A stretch of 41,921 nt of DNA, taken from positions 20,752,559 through 20,794,479 of the forward strand of contig NC_057749.1 of NCBI RefSeq assembly GCF_004010195.1. The letters run 5' to 3'. Every line of letters starts with the position of its first letter. Position 1 is the first letter of the stretch. Positions 1-10,384 of this stretch are shown here, piece by piece. Both the position numbers and the translations under genes were made by a program. Under the pieces are notes generated by a model. That model was not told the DNA's origin. It saw only the letters and a list, made by a program, of their open reading frames with translations, and made no database searches. This stretch comes from Chiloscyllium plagiosum. Taxonomy: Eukaryota.

Positions 1-268
1 CAAATCCTCCAACCCTGGCAACATCCTTGTAAATCTTTTCTGAACCCTTTCAAGCTTCAGGAGACCAGAATTGCACGCAATGTTCCAACAGTGGCCTAAC
101 CAATGTCCTGTACAGCCACAACAGGACCTTCCAACTCCTGTACTCAATACTCTGACCAATAAAGGAAAGCATACCAAACGCCTTCTTCACTATCCTATCT
201 ACCTGCGATTCCACTTTCAAGGAGCTATGAACCTGCACTCCAAGGTCTCTTTGTTCAGCAACACTCCC
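1..268 (-). mobile_element. CR1/HER1-type LINE fragment (ORF2 C-terminal region)
   Basis: ORF 50..238(-) QVHSSLKVESQVDRIVKKAFG...LYRTLVRPLLEHCVQFWSP is the typical CR1 post-RT segment; runs off the window edge. Confidence 0.9.
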
Positions 269-1000
269 ATTATTTTGCTTCCTTTAGATTCCTCGATGTT
301 GACACAAGATTGTTTGCAAATCAAAGTGGTCTTTCACTCGCTGGTTGAGAACTTGTCCTTTCAATTTCTCTCAAGACAATTCACTCCTCAGTCAATAATG
401 GATTGACAAAAAAAAGTGAATATAAGCCAGCTAGCCGTTGCTGGAACTTCCATACAGAAGACAGTCACAAAGATTTTTTTGTGCTTTCTCATTGTCGGCA
501 AGACGGTTCTGTGCAGCACTGGCGCCTCAAGTCATGGTCATCACATTAGGAGCCAATAAAAATGTTGTCAAGCAATTATGTCTTAGTTCAAAACCCATTG
601 ACTCTGTCTGCTTCATTATAAATGTTGCCTTTTCACTGCACAGTTAACAACATGCTCCAGTAAATATCCCCCTTTTTCTTAAACTGCAGGCACTTTTTTG
701 CACAGTTTCTTTGATTTAAAGCAGTATCTACTTTTCTTAGACCACAGTTCAAAGATAAAGGAAATAAGGCTGGGAATAGCAGTTGTATCTGGCAGATGTT
801 GCTAAATGTAGATTAATGCAAGTTTATATGTATGAGTAGAAACAATGCCAACCATGTGTACACAATGCATGAATAGAAGAAAGTCCAACATTTTCTAGCA
901 CTTGAATATCAACCTGCACAAATTGTTCCACTAGACTACGACAAACATAGAACTTTTGAATATATCACTTGGGTAATCCACTATAAAACATAAAACCCTA

Positions 1001-1777
1001 CGCAGAGCAGAGGAAAAATCACCTATACCGTGTGTTCAAAAAGAATGGATACCCAATGAACACAGTCCGCCGATTTCTCAGCAACAAACCCAAACAAGCA
1101 GACAAAACACATCCAGAAACCCTAGCCACTCCCCCCTACATCAAAGACATCTCAGAAATGACTGCCAGACTACTCAGACCCCTTGGCATCATGGTAGCCC
1201 ACAAACCCATCAACACACTAAAATAATAGTTAATGAACTTGAAAGACCCTGTAGAGACAACAAGCAAAACTGATGTCATTTATAAAATGCCGTGCAAGGA
1301 CTGTAACAAACACTACATTGGACAAACAGGCTAAAAACTAGCCACAAAAAGACATGACCCTCTCTCACTTGTAACCTCACATACAGATGAGGAAGGACAC
1401 CACTTCAACTGGGACAACACATCCATTCTAGGACAAGCCAAACAAAGACAAGCACGAGAATTCCTAGAAGCATGGCATTCCAACCGGAACTCTATCAACA
1501 AACACATCAAGTTAGACCTCATCTACCACCCTCTGAAAAAAGCTACAGGAAGTGACTTCACCACCGTAAATATCACCACCATAGGAAATGGCATCACCAA
1601 CCCAAAGAAACCCAAACTTGTAAATAGAAAGCAGGAATTTTCGGCATTGCTTTGCCTGAGGCCCACTGAAGATGTTACCTAGTAGGGTAACGAAACATCT
1701 GGAAATGAACCTTGCAGCTCAGCGAGCAAACCTACATCCAAAACCTCAACTTGAGCTACAAATCTACTCAAACTGCG
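1001..1777 (+). mobile_element. 5'-truncated Penelope-like retroelement (end of RT, GIY-YIG endonuclease, 3' UTR), inactivated
   Basis: FKKNGYP...PYIKDISE...HKP, then in the same frame from 1272 DVIYKMPCKDCNKHYIGQTG (GIY-YIG motif), later GHHFNWDN...REFLEAW. In-frame stops at 1224, 1227 and 1332. Perfect 11-bp TSD ataaaacccta at 990-1000 and 1778-1788. Confidence 0.92.
1663..1702 (+). ncRNA. Minimal type-I hammerhead-ribozyme-like motif in the Penelope 3' UTR
   Basis: cca-CTGAAGA-t-[gttacc tagtag ggtaac]-GAAAC-ATC-tgg: core boxes, perfect 6-bp stem II, cca/tgg stem I. ACATC is probably CpG-decayed ACGTC. Confidence 0.7.
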
Positions 1778-1920
1778 ATAAAACCCTATATGGTCTTTGC
1801 ACAACATTTCAATTAAACCTCACTAGAACCCTGTTCAGAAATTTTTCCCCTAAAGGATGAGTGATAATGAGTCCTTTGAAAGGATGGTGACCCTCTAGAT
1901 CAACAGTAATCTTAAAGGTC

Positions 1921-2033
1921 TGCAGAATAATGGACCTGAATACCCAGATATCTCTGTACCTAAATTTTCACCAGGATTTTTCCACTTACTGTATAGTTCG
2001 CTCTGGAATTGCATCTTCCAAAATGCATCACCT
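1921..2033 (-). mobile_element. CR1 ORF2 fragment, inverted relative to the CR1 at 2574-3156
   Basis: Reverse strand translates VMHFGRCNSRANYTVSGKILVKI*VQRYLGIQVHYS, the CR1 segment that precedes the WQVMLQLYKT region. Confidence 0.85.
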
Positions 2034-2089
2034 TGGAATTGCATCTTCTGGAATGCATCACCTTGGAATTGCATCTTCCTAAATGCATC
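2004..2089. repeat. 30-bp tandem repeat, ~2.9 copies
   Basis: tggaattgcatcttccaaaatgcatcacct starting at 2004, 2034 and 2064 with 1-3 mismatches. Confidence 0.95.
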
Positions 2090-3539
2090 TTAAAATTTAA
2101 TGTATACTTTAATTGTTCCATTTTTGTAAAATAAATTTTGTAAAAAAAAATTACAATTTCACATTTACCATCTTCAACTGAGACTGTTTGTTTATGAATC
2201 TTCTACATAATTTGCGATACCTCTAATTTTGTATCACCAATCTTTCATATCATTAACTGACCATAGCCCCTGCTGAACTTTGAGCAATGTATCACTATTC
2301 ATGTCCCACTGTGAAGAACATGAACACAAGGGATGAGAAAAGGGAAGGTGGTCCATCAAACCTGTCCCCATGCAGTCACAGTGCAAAGCAATCAAATCTT
2401 CCCAAAGTCTCTGCTTCTTTAAAAATAAGATCCAGCTCTCACCTTGTGATGGTAAGAACAAAGAACATTACAGCACAGGAACAGGCTCTTCGGCCCTCCA
2501 AGCCGGTGCTGATCCATATCCTCTATTTAATTCTGCCACCTATTTTCTAAGGACCTGCATCCCTTTGCTCCCTTGGCAGGTCATGTTACAGTTGTATAAG
2601 ACTGTGGCTCAGCCACATTTGGAATACTGCATACAGTTCAGGTTGCCACATTTCCAAAAGGATGTGGACGCTTTGGATAGGGTGCAGAGGAGGTTGACCA
2701 GGATGTTGCCTGGTATGGAGGGTGCTAGCTATGAAGAGAGGTTGAGTAGATTAGGATTATTTTTATTAAAAAGATGGTTGAGGGGGGATCTGATTGAGAC
2801 CTACAAAATCATGAGAGGTGTAGACAGGTGGATAGCAAGAAGCTTTTTCCCTGAGTTGGGGACTCAATTACTAAGGGTCATGAGTTCAAAGTGAGAGGGG
2901 AAAAGTTTAGGGGAGATATATGTTGAAAGTTCTTCACACAAAGGGTAGTGAGCTCCTGGAATGCATTGCCAGCGGAGGTGGTAGGGACGGGAATGATAGC
3001 GTCATTTAAGATGTATCTAGACAGAGACATGAATGGGCAGGGAGCAAAGGGATACAGATCCTTAGAAAATAGGCGGCAGATTTAGATAGAGGATCTGGAT
3101 CAGCGCAGGCTTGGAGGACCAAACGGCCTGTTCCTGTGCTGTAATTTTCTTTGTTCTTACCATCACGGGGTTAGAGCTAGGTTTTATTTTAAAGAAACAG
3201 AGACTTTGAGAAGATTTATTGCTTTGCACTATGACTGCTTGGAGATAAGTTTGATGCACCGCTTCCCTTTTCTCATCCCTTGTGTTCATGTTCTTCACAG
3301 TGGGACATGAATAGTGATACATTGCTCAAAGTTCAACAGGGGCTATGGTCAGTTAATATGGTTTGGAATGATATGAAAGATTGGTGATACAAAATTAGGG
3401 GTCTGGCAAATTATGTAGAAGAATCCAATGCTGTACCATTAGATTCACAAACAGAAAACAGTTTCAGCTGAAGGTGATAAATGTGAAATTGTAATTTTTA
3501 AAAAATTGAACAATTAAAGTATACCTTAAAATTTAAGAT
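2087..3539. repeat. Long inverted repeat: arms ~2087-2573 and ~3039-3539, spacer ~465 bp
   Basis: Arms are reverse complements with scattered mismatches and indels; ORFs 2287..2550(+) and 3062..3322(-) both begin MYHYSCPTVKNMNTRDEKRE. Confidence 0.95.
2574..3156 (+). mobile_element. CR1/HER1-type LINE 3' portion with 3' UTR
   Basis: WQVMLQLYKTVAQPHLEYCIQF...ALDRVQRRLTRMLPG...LRGDLIETYKIM, ending in the ggcctgttcctgtgctgta...tctttgttct tail. Confidence 0.92.
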
Positions 3540-4060
3540 TCTTAAAAGCAACTGAGAGAGAAAAACCTAAAGCCTTAACCTTTAAAACAAGGTTTGAAAA
3601 GGTCAATACTATTTTGGGTCTTTTTTTAACATGGTTACTGAATATACAAGCAAATAAATTACATTGAAATACATTGTGATATTAGTCACGCTATCAAATG
3701 CTGCTCTGGTCCCCTTATGGGGAGAATATTGGAACAGTAAAAAGCCAAGACATTAGTAAAAATTCACCAACTTAGGAGGGTTGAAGGGTTACAAGGTTTG
3801 AAAATGTGGACTTATTTCACTGTGAAAAGGGATGGTTGAGAGGCCTAATCCAATAAGTGTTAATGAACATGAACACCTCAGGCCGGATAAATATTTTAAA
3901 AAAATTTCACTCATTGATGAGCCAGCAAAAAGGGAGCACAAATCCAGGAGATTCATTATCCAGGGAGGGGAAGGTAGGAGTAGAGTCTTCATGGAATATG
4001 GACGACAGAACATAAAGGAATTGGATAAGTATTTAAAAATAGAACCAGATACAGAAAAAA
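3370..4060 (+). mobile_element. Highly decayed older CR1-like LINE
   Basis: Remnants such as gatacaaaattagggg (DTKLG), ataaatgtgaaattgtaattt and aaggaattggataagtattt in CR1 order. Confidence 0.45.
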
Positions 4061-4297
4061 AACAGGAAATGAGATTTTTCTGACAGCCGCAGATGGAGAA
4101 TCTCCAGAGGCATAGAATCCACATGCTGCATAGCCTCCTCATGATGTGGTTTCTACTATACAAGGTGTTCATTGCTGCGAAGTTTGATTGGACGAAAATT
4201 AACGGAGAAATGTCATCACTAGCTGTTCTTGGGGTTAAATTGTCCTTTTATTATAACTGAAGGATGCTGTGATAGCTGATAGGTTTGCATCAATTAT

Positions 4298-4402
4298 TCT
4301 GAAGGATCATTAGATGTGAAACATTAACTTTTGCTCCACAGATGCTGTCAGACCTGATGAGTTTCTCCAGAAATTTCTGTTTTTGTTTCAGATCTTCAGC
4401 AT
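4298..4402 (+). mobile_element. Short Penelope-associated element, family C (single arm)
   Basis: gaaacattaac...cacagatgctgtcagacctgatgagtttctccagaaatttctgtttttgtttcagat matches copies at 5160, 35142 and 38761. Confidence 0.7.
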
Positions 4403-5159
4403 ATTAATTTTAGGTCTGCAAACATAATGTTGCATAAACGCAAACCTATGATCTAGAAATATCCAAATTTTAGAGATTCTTACTCCACCACTTCTGCTCT
4501 TCGGAGAGTTGGCATGGACTCACTGAGCTGAATGACCTACCTCTACACGGTAGCAATTCTATGATTCAGTTAAGAAACTGTAATGCTATTGGATGAATTC
4601 AATCTGTTTATTCCAGTCCCATACTGCAGTTCTCACTATAGCACCCTGTAATGCCAGGATTTGAGGGTGAAATAATGTAACATGTTCTAACTGAGGAACT
4701 TTATATTGTGAAGATTCACCTGCAACTCAAGTGGAAGGAAACATGACAATGCAGCTGAACAAGTAACATCTGAGATCAGGGATTCTGAAAATGGAAAATG
4801 CTATATATTACTGCAGAGGATCAGATGCAACTGAAGAGGATGTTTCTCAACTAACGCATGTTTTATAAAGATAGTAGGTTTGCCTAATCGGCTGATTACA
4901 AGGACACACACCAAGTCAGATGGAACAGCACCAAAGATATTGTCACAGACATAAGCACAATTGCATGATGTAATCTATGATATTTCATTTTTTCAGTCGC
5001 AAGTGATTGCCAGTCCCAGAAGCTCCTTGAACTAATTTAGTTTCCCGAAAATAGTTGTACTTAACATTACAGTAAAGTTGAATGCTTTTTTTGTAATAGT
5101 GATACTTCAAACAGCACAATAATCGGAGTGTAAGACTCAAATAAAACTATGGTAGATAC

Positions 5160-5360
5160 CTGAAATCTGGAATAACAGCAAAGTGCTGGAAACACTCAGC
5201 AGCAACTGTGGACTGAGAAACATAATCAGATATGGCTCACCTTTGGAAGAAACTTCAGTGTTCCAAAGAACAGCCTTACTGGACTTGAGGCATTAACTCT
5301 GTTTTGCTCTTTGCAGATACCGCCAGATTTACTGAGTTTCTCCAGCACATATTTTCATTA
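5160..5360. mobile_element. Family C element, degenerate palindrome
   Basis: gtgctggaaacactcagca ... tactgagtttctccagcac form inverted arms. Confidence 0.65.
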
Positions 5361-5780
5361 ATCATTACAAGGTATGACCTTAGGTTTCTCTCAACTTTGC
5401 TTATTGTGCATAGGCTAGAGTTATATGCAGGAGGAAGCTGAACTGACATAACCCATATAATAAACATCAACCAGATAAGAAAGGAGTGTTTGTCTAGAGA
5501 GGCCTTAGTAAGGCCTGTTTTTGGTTTCTCAGGAGTTTATTTTTCCCATTTTCACATGAGGAGTTGAGGATGCTATTTTTCCTTAGTTCCTCGGTATTTT
5601 CTCTCAAATTTGGATTCCAAATACAACTTCCAATTTACAATATTAAACTTAGATCAGATTCCAATTATTTGGCACAATGAAGCAGAAATTACATGGAATG
5701 TAGAAAGAACATGGGTGTAAATCTATATAAAAAAACTTTACCATAAGGAATAAGACTCAATGTTATAATCTAGTTGCGAA

Positions 5781-6130
5781 GTGGAAGTGCTGATGTTGGA
5801 CGAGGGTGGACAAATTTAAAAATCACGCAACACCAAGTTATAGTCCAACAGATTTTTTTGGAAGTACCAGCTTTTGCAGCACTGCTCCCTCGTCAGGTAG
5901 CTATTGGGGCAGGATCATAGGACACTGAATTTACAGTAAAAGAGAAAATGTCATCCAACTGATGCGAAGTATTGAAGTATTGATACCTCACATCAGTTGT
6001 ATGACACTTTGATCTTTTACTATGAATTCTGTGTCCTATGATCCTGCCCCACTAGCTACCTGATGAAGGAGCAGCGCTCCCAAAAGTTTGTACTTCCAAA
6101 TAAACCTGTTGGGCTATTGTGGGATTTTTA
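5781..6130. mobile_element. Palindromic short element, family B, with hammerhead-like core
   Basis: ~150-bp inverted arms (~5815-5966 and ~5989-6134); ctgatgaa-ggagc agc gctcc at 6060-6080; probable TSD aatctagttgcgaa (5767-5780) / aatctatttgtgaa (6131-6144). Confidence 0.85.
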
Positions 6131-6354
6131 AATCTATTTGTGAAATTCAAGTGGAAGTCAATTATACTTCACTGACAACTTAGATAATGTTTTCCCACTG
6201 CACAGGATGTATAACAACCCTGCCAACTCAATTCTAGTTCATGACATCTTGTTAGAAGTATCGCTTCAAATTATCAGGCAACTGAATAGGACTAAGTAAG
6301 ACTGACTTACAAAATAATACTGGAGGAACTTAATTAAGTAAATAAAACATAAAA

Positions 6355-6612
6355 TTGAAAAAGAAACCTAATCTCAGAACCCTAAAACCATAACTGATTA
6401 TTGTAAAATCCCATCTGGTTCATTAATCTCCTTTAGGGAGGTAAGTGCTGCCATCTTACCAATAAGGCATTCACTTGACTCGAGAAGCACAATCACGTGA
6501 TTGACCTCTGAAATGACCTAACAAACTACTCAGCTCAAAGGCAATTAGTAATACGAAACAAATGCTGGACTTGCTAGTGACTCCTGAACTCCATAAAAAG
6601 AATTAAAAGAAA
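6355..6612 (+). mobile_element. SINE family S2, 5'-truncated
   Basis: cccatctggttcattaatctcctttaggga...aaatgctggacttgctagtgac tail; homologous to 12092-12480. Confidence 0.75.
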
Positions 6613-6699
6613 AATTCTACCATTTTACTTCATTCTGCACTGTGGCAGGCGAGGGACACAGTTACATACACACTGTGGACTTCTGATCACCAGTGTCGA

Positions 6700-6772
6700 T
6701 GAGTGTGGTGCTGGAAAAGCACAGCTGGTCAGACAGCATCTGAGGAGCAGGAGAGTCGACATTTTGGGCAAA
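6700..6772 (-). mobile_element. Family A short element, partial arm
   Basis: gtggtgctggaaaagcacagctggtcagacagcatctgaggagcaggagagtcgacattttgggc matches copies at 23750, 32115 and 40133. Confidence 0.8.
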
Positions 6773-6879
6773 TCCATCCTAGAGAAAACCTAGCCTGGTC
6801 ACAATTATACGACCCCACCAGGATTTGATAGCAGTGTTTAGCAAGCCTCCCTGTCAAGGGAACAATTATAGGTCAGAGA

Positions 6880-7233
6880 CAGTGTGGAGAGAGTGACCAT
6901 GGTGGCTAATAGCTGCTTAGGCCAAAACCAAGATATGTTTCACAATAGTGAGTCTTCAGTACTACATCCACTGGCCATTGTACAGCACAGAAGGGCAACT
7001 ACACTGATATGTAGAGGCCAAAGCTCCTAACTGGGATCAAGATCTTAAAGATGGCCAATAACATGCCCTGGATCAATAACTAGTGTCTTTTCCTGCCAAC
7101 TCCAGCTTGCCATCTGCAATGACAAGGAGTTCAACAAGCTGCTGGGAGGACTCACTGTATCAAAGGACTGGGCCCTGCCCAACTTCCAAAACATGCTTAT
7201 GCCCAAGAAAATTGAACAGCCCACAAGGCAAAG
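6880..7233 (+). pseudogene. H2A: Degraded, intronless histone H2A pseudogene
   Basis: From 7100: LQLAICNDKEFNKLLGGLTVSKDWALPNFQNMLMPKKIE versus H2A [39 protein letters not shown]. Upstream remnants AKTK, SLQY, QKGNYTD, VEAKAP and KILKMANN occur in H2A order with frameshifts and stops. Confidence 0.85.
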
Positions 7234-7907
7234 ATTAAATCAGGAAAAAAAGTGGGAGAGAACTTATGATCAGAAGATGAAGCAGCAAAGTTGGAGCGAC
7301 AGAATCTGTGACTAAAGTAGCACTTCACCCATTCAATCTCAATAGTACTAATCAAAGTACTTCGGATAACCTTTCTTCAATTTCTTTGCCGCCTGTGAGT
7401 TTGCAGGGCTACATGAGAGATTTCCAGGGCTATCTGAGAAATTTCCAGTCAAATTTACCCATCACCCATATCTAATGAGAATCATGATGACATTTAAATA
7501 TTTAAACAGAAATGCTTATATGTTTACATAAAAAATGCTACTAAACTAATTATTTTACTAAAATCAGGACTAAAGCTAAGTTTATATAGTTCAACATGAA
7601 ATTGGTCATACTTCTGAGATCTAATTTGGAACTTCTTTTTGACAGAAATCCAGATTCCTGACTTATCACCAAGAATCTAAGGTCTGCCCATTAGGATTAG
7701 TTTATCTTAAAAGCAAATTCAATCTACTGCTTCCTATCCCAAAGATCCTTCAATACTGTAAATTTTGCTGATTTCTCGTAAAGGTTTTGCATTTTTTTAT
7801 TACTACATTGCTTCTCCAAAAGTTCAAGATTTGAGGCTGTTATCTGCCACAGTCATACAAGATACAGTACCAATGACACTTCTACATTCACAGCATCTTG
7901 GAGATCT

Positions 7908-8240
7908 GGGACAACATGGTGGCCCAGTCATTAGCACTGCTGCCTCACAGTGCCAGGAAGCCCGGTTTCATTCCAGCCTCAGCCGATTGTCTGTGTGGAG
8001 TTTGCATACTGTCCAGGTACTTCGATTTCCTCGCAGTCCAAAGGTGTGCAGGTTAGGTGGATTGGCCATACTAAACTGCCCAGAGTGTCTAGGATGTGAA
8101 GGTTAGGTGGTTTAGCCATGGGAAATGCAGGGTTACAAGGATATGGTAGGAGGGTTGATCTGGGTGGGCTGCAGTTTGGAGGTCAGTGTAGACTTGATGA
8201 GCTGAATGAACTGCTTCCATATTGTAGGGATTCTATCTGC
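7908..8240 (+). mobile_element. HE1-type V-SINE, diverged
   Basis: tRNA-like head ttagcactgctgcctcacag, V-domain tgtgtggagtttgca...cagtccaaaggtgtgcaggttagg, CR1-like tail. Confidence 0.85.
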
Positions 8241-8257
8241 ATGAGTGAAATTAATGC

Positions 8258-8776
8258 ACACAGAGATCTACAGCATAGAAACAATGCATCCATGCCTACC
8301 AGGTATCCTAAATAAATCTAGTCCCATTTGCCAGTACCTGGCCCATGTCCCTCTAAATCCTTGTGTACCCAACCAGATGCCTTTTAAATGTTGTTATTGT
8401 ACCAGCCTCCACCACCTTCTTTGGCAGCTCATTCCATATACACACTACCCTTTGCATGAAAATGTTGCCCCTTAGGTCCCTTTTAAATCTTTATCCTCTC
8501 ACCCTGAATCTATGCCATCTAGTTCTGGTCTCCCCAATCCAGGAAAAAGACCCCATGATTTTAAAAACCTCTATAAGGTCACCCCTCAGCCTCTGACACT
8601 TGAGGGAAAACAGCCTCAGCTTGTTCAGCCTCTCCCTATAGTCAAACCCTCCAACCCTGGCAACATCCTTGTAAATCTTTTCAGAACTCTTTCAAGTTTC
8701 ACAACATCCTTCCGATAGAGAGATCAGAATTGCATACAATATTCCAAAAGTGGCCTAACCAATGTCCTGTGCAGCT
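8258..8776 (-). mobile_element. CR1/HER1 LINE 3' portion
   Basis: Near-identical to 1-120 (ccctccaaccctggcaacatccttgtaaatcttttc); 3' tail homologous to 41779-41921. Confidence 0.9.
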
Positions 8777-10384
8777 GCGTATTGTGGAGGAGTAACAAAA
8801 TACTGAAACAAAACGATAGCTAACTCTTAAAAGTGAGGAAAAATGTTAACTGTTTTCAATTCTTCACTGATGCAGCATATTTCCATATTTTCCAGTTCAT
8901 TTGGTTGAAAGAAAAATGCTGAGAAATGTTACTTCACACTCCTTTGATGTTGATAAATGTACTATGTGATGCACTATTGAGGCATACAAGTCAAAAAGGC
9001 TCCTGAACCTATTGAGAGGTATGGAAAAAAAGAGAAACACCATAATCTCCAAAGTACTCCCTCCCAGAGTTAAACCGTCTTCACCGTCTGTACAAATGAC
9101 CATTTACACTGAAAACCAGAAAGAGTAAAGACGAAAGAAAAAAGTAAAAAGTCAGTGAGGAAAATGTATTGCTACAATTCACAATTGGATGCACCCAGAG
9201 TAATCTCTGGAAACCAAGGGATGAAGCAGGGAAGGTCTACTGCAGCTGTGGTTGTTTCATATAAATATCTCAGAAATAGGGTCCAGTGAGTGATGGAGAA
9301 TGAAGTACAGCTGTACTCTCCTTCACCCAACCTGCTTAAACTAGCCCTCTTAGCAACAACAGAAAATGTACCACTGTCTTCAAAAAAAAATTGAAAACAA
9401 AATAAATATTTTGCTGGTTATTGGTGAAAATAATGAAAAGGTTTTAAACCATGAATGAAATTCAAGTGTTTCATATCTGCAAGAATAATCTAACCAATCA
9501 TAATTCACCATAATAATAAGTCTGGGTTTTTGTTTTGCACTTGATAGACTTTAGTGATTGAGGAATCTTTGGGAAATAAACATGTATGATTTCAAGCATC
9601 TAGTCAGTACAGTACACTCCAAAGGAAATATATCTGACAGCTCAGGGATGCTCCCTCTGCGTTTCACCCACGAGCAACAATGTGGCATTTTTACAGCAAT
9701 AATGCTACAGTACTATCCTTATTGGATAAAATTGCCCATTCGTGGCATATTGGATGCAGTTAAGCCTCAAGTCATGTGCATAAAATTATTATTCATTTGG
9801 CAGTTTTGGATTACACCTTTCACACAGGATCCTAAAAAATACCAGCAAGTTGGGAAGATGTCTAGCTCATCAGTTTAATGTAGTTTTAAAATCAAATCCT
9901 AAAAGTGAAAGTGCTATAGGCTCACTCACTTCCATTAATTAGTTCCCCAAAAGGTAATTTTAAAAATAGTCAATGCTGTTGACAACAGCTGGTTCACTTG
10001 ATTTTAAGGGAATCTTCTGGCATTTACACAATGCAGATCTTTCTGTAGCTTAAACCTGCCTTCTCCAATCACCTATTAAGAGTTGCCTTGTGACAGCAAG
10101 AACCTATTAATTTCATTGAAAGTCCAGGTTACTCATAAAGCAGTATTCTTTACATACCTGTGATTTCCATAAAATGCAAATGTAGAGACAGCAGCCATAA
10201 CTTCCAGCGTTGGCTGGATGATTTGATTTCACTTTGTAGATTACAACACCTGAACCAATTCAGGCAAACTCGTCCCAAAATTATCCATACCAATAATTTT
10301 TCACATTTGCTCTGAACATTTACATAGGCTTAATTAAAAAGCTTTGTTTTCATTTCAATGTCGCTGATCATTTTTCTTTTTCTT

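Noticed and set aside
2004..2089. CRISPR-like 30-bp repeats
   Set aside because: There are no spacers, the unit derives from CR1 coding sequence, and the context is vertebrate.
2370..2894. 174-aa ORF as a real gene
   Set aside because: It is a chimera of the inverted-repeat arm and a CR1 ORF2 fragment.
7407..7448. 21-bp tandem duplication gggcta..tgaga.atttcca
   Set aside because: An ordinary short slippage duplication.
10158..10311. Minus-strand exon ending CAG|gtatgt (possible MAAVSTFAFYGNH start)
   Set aside because: The donor is strong, but both candidate acceptors are weak and I do not recognise the peptide; too uncertain to list as a feature.
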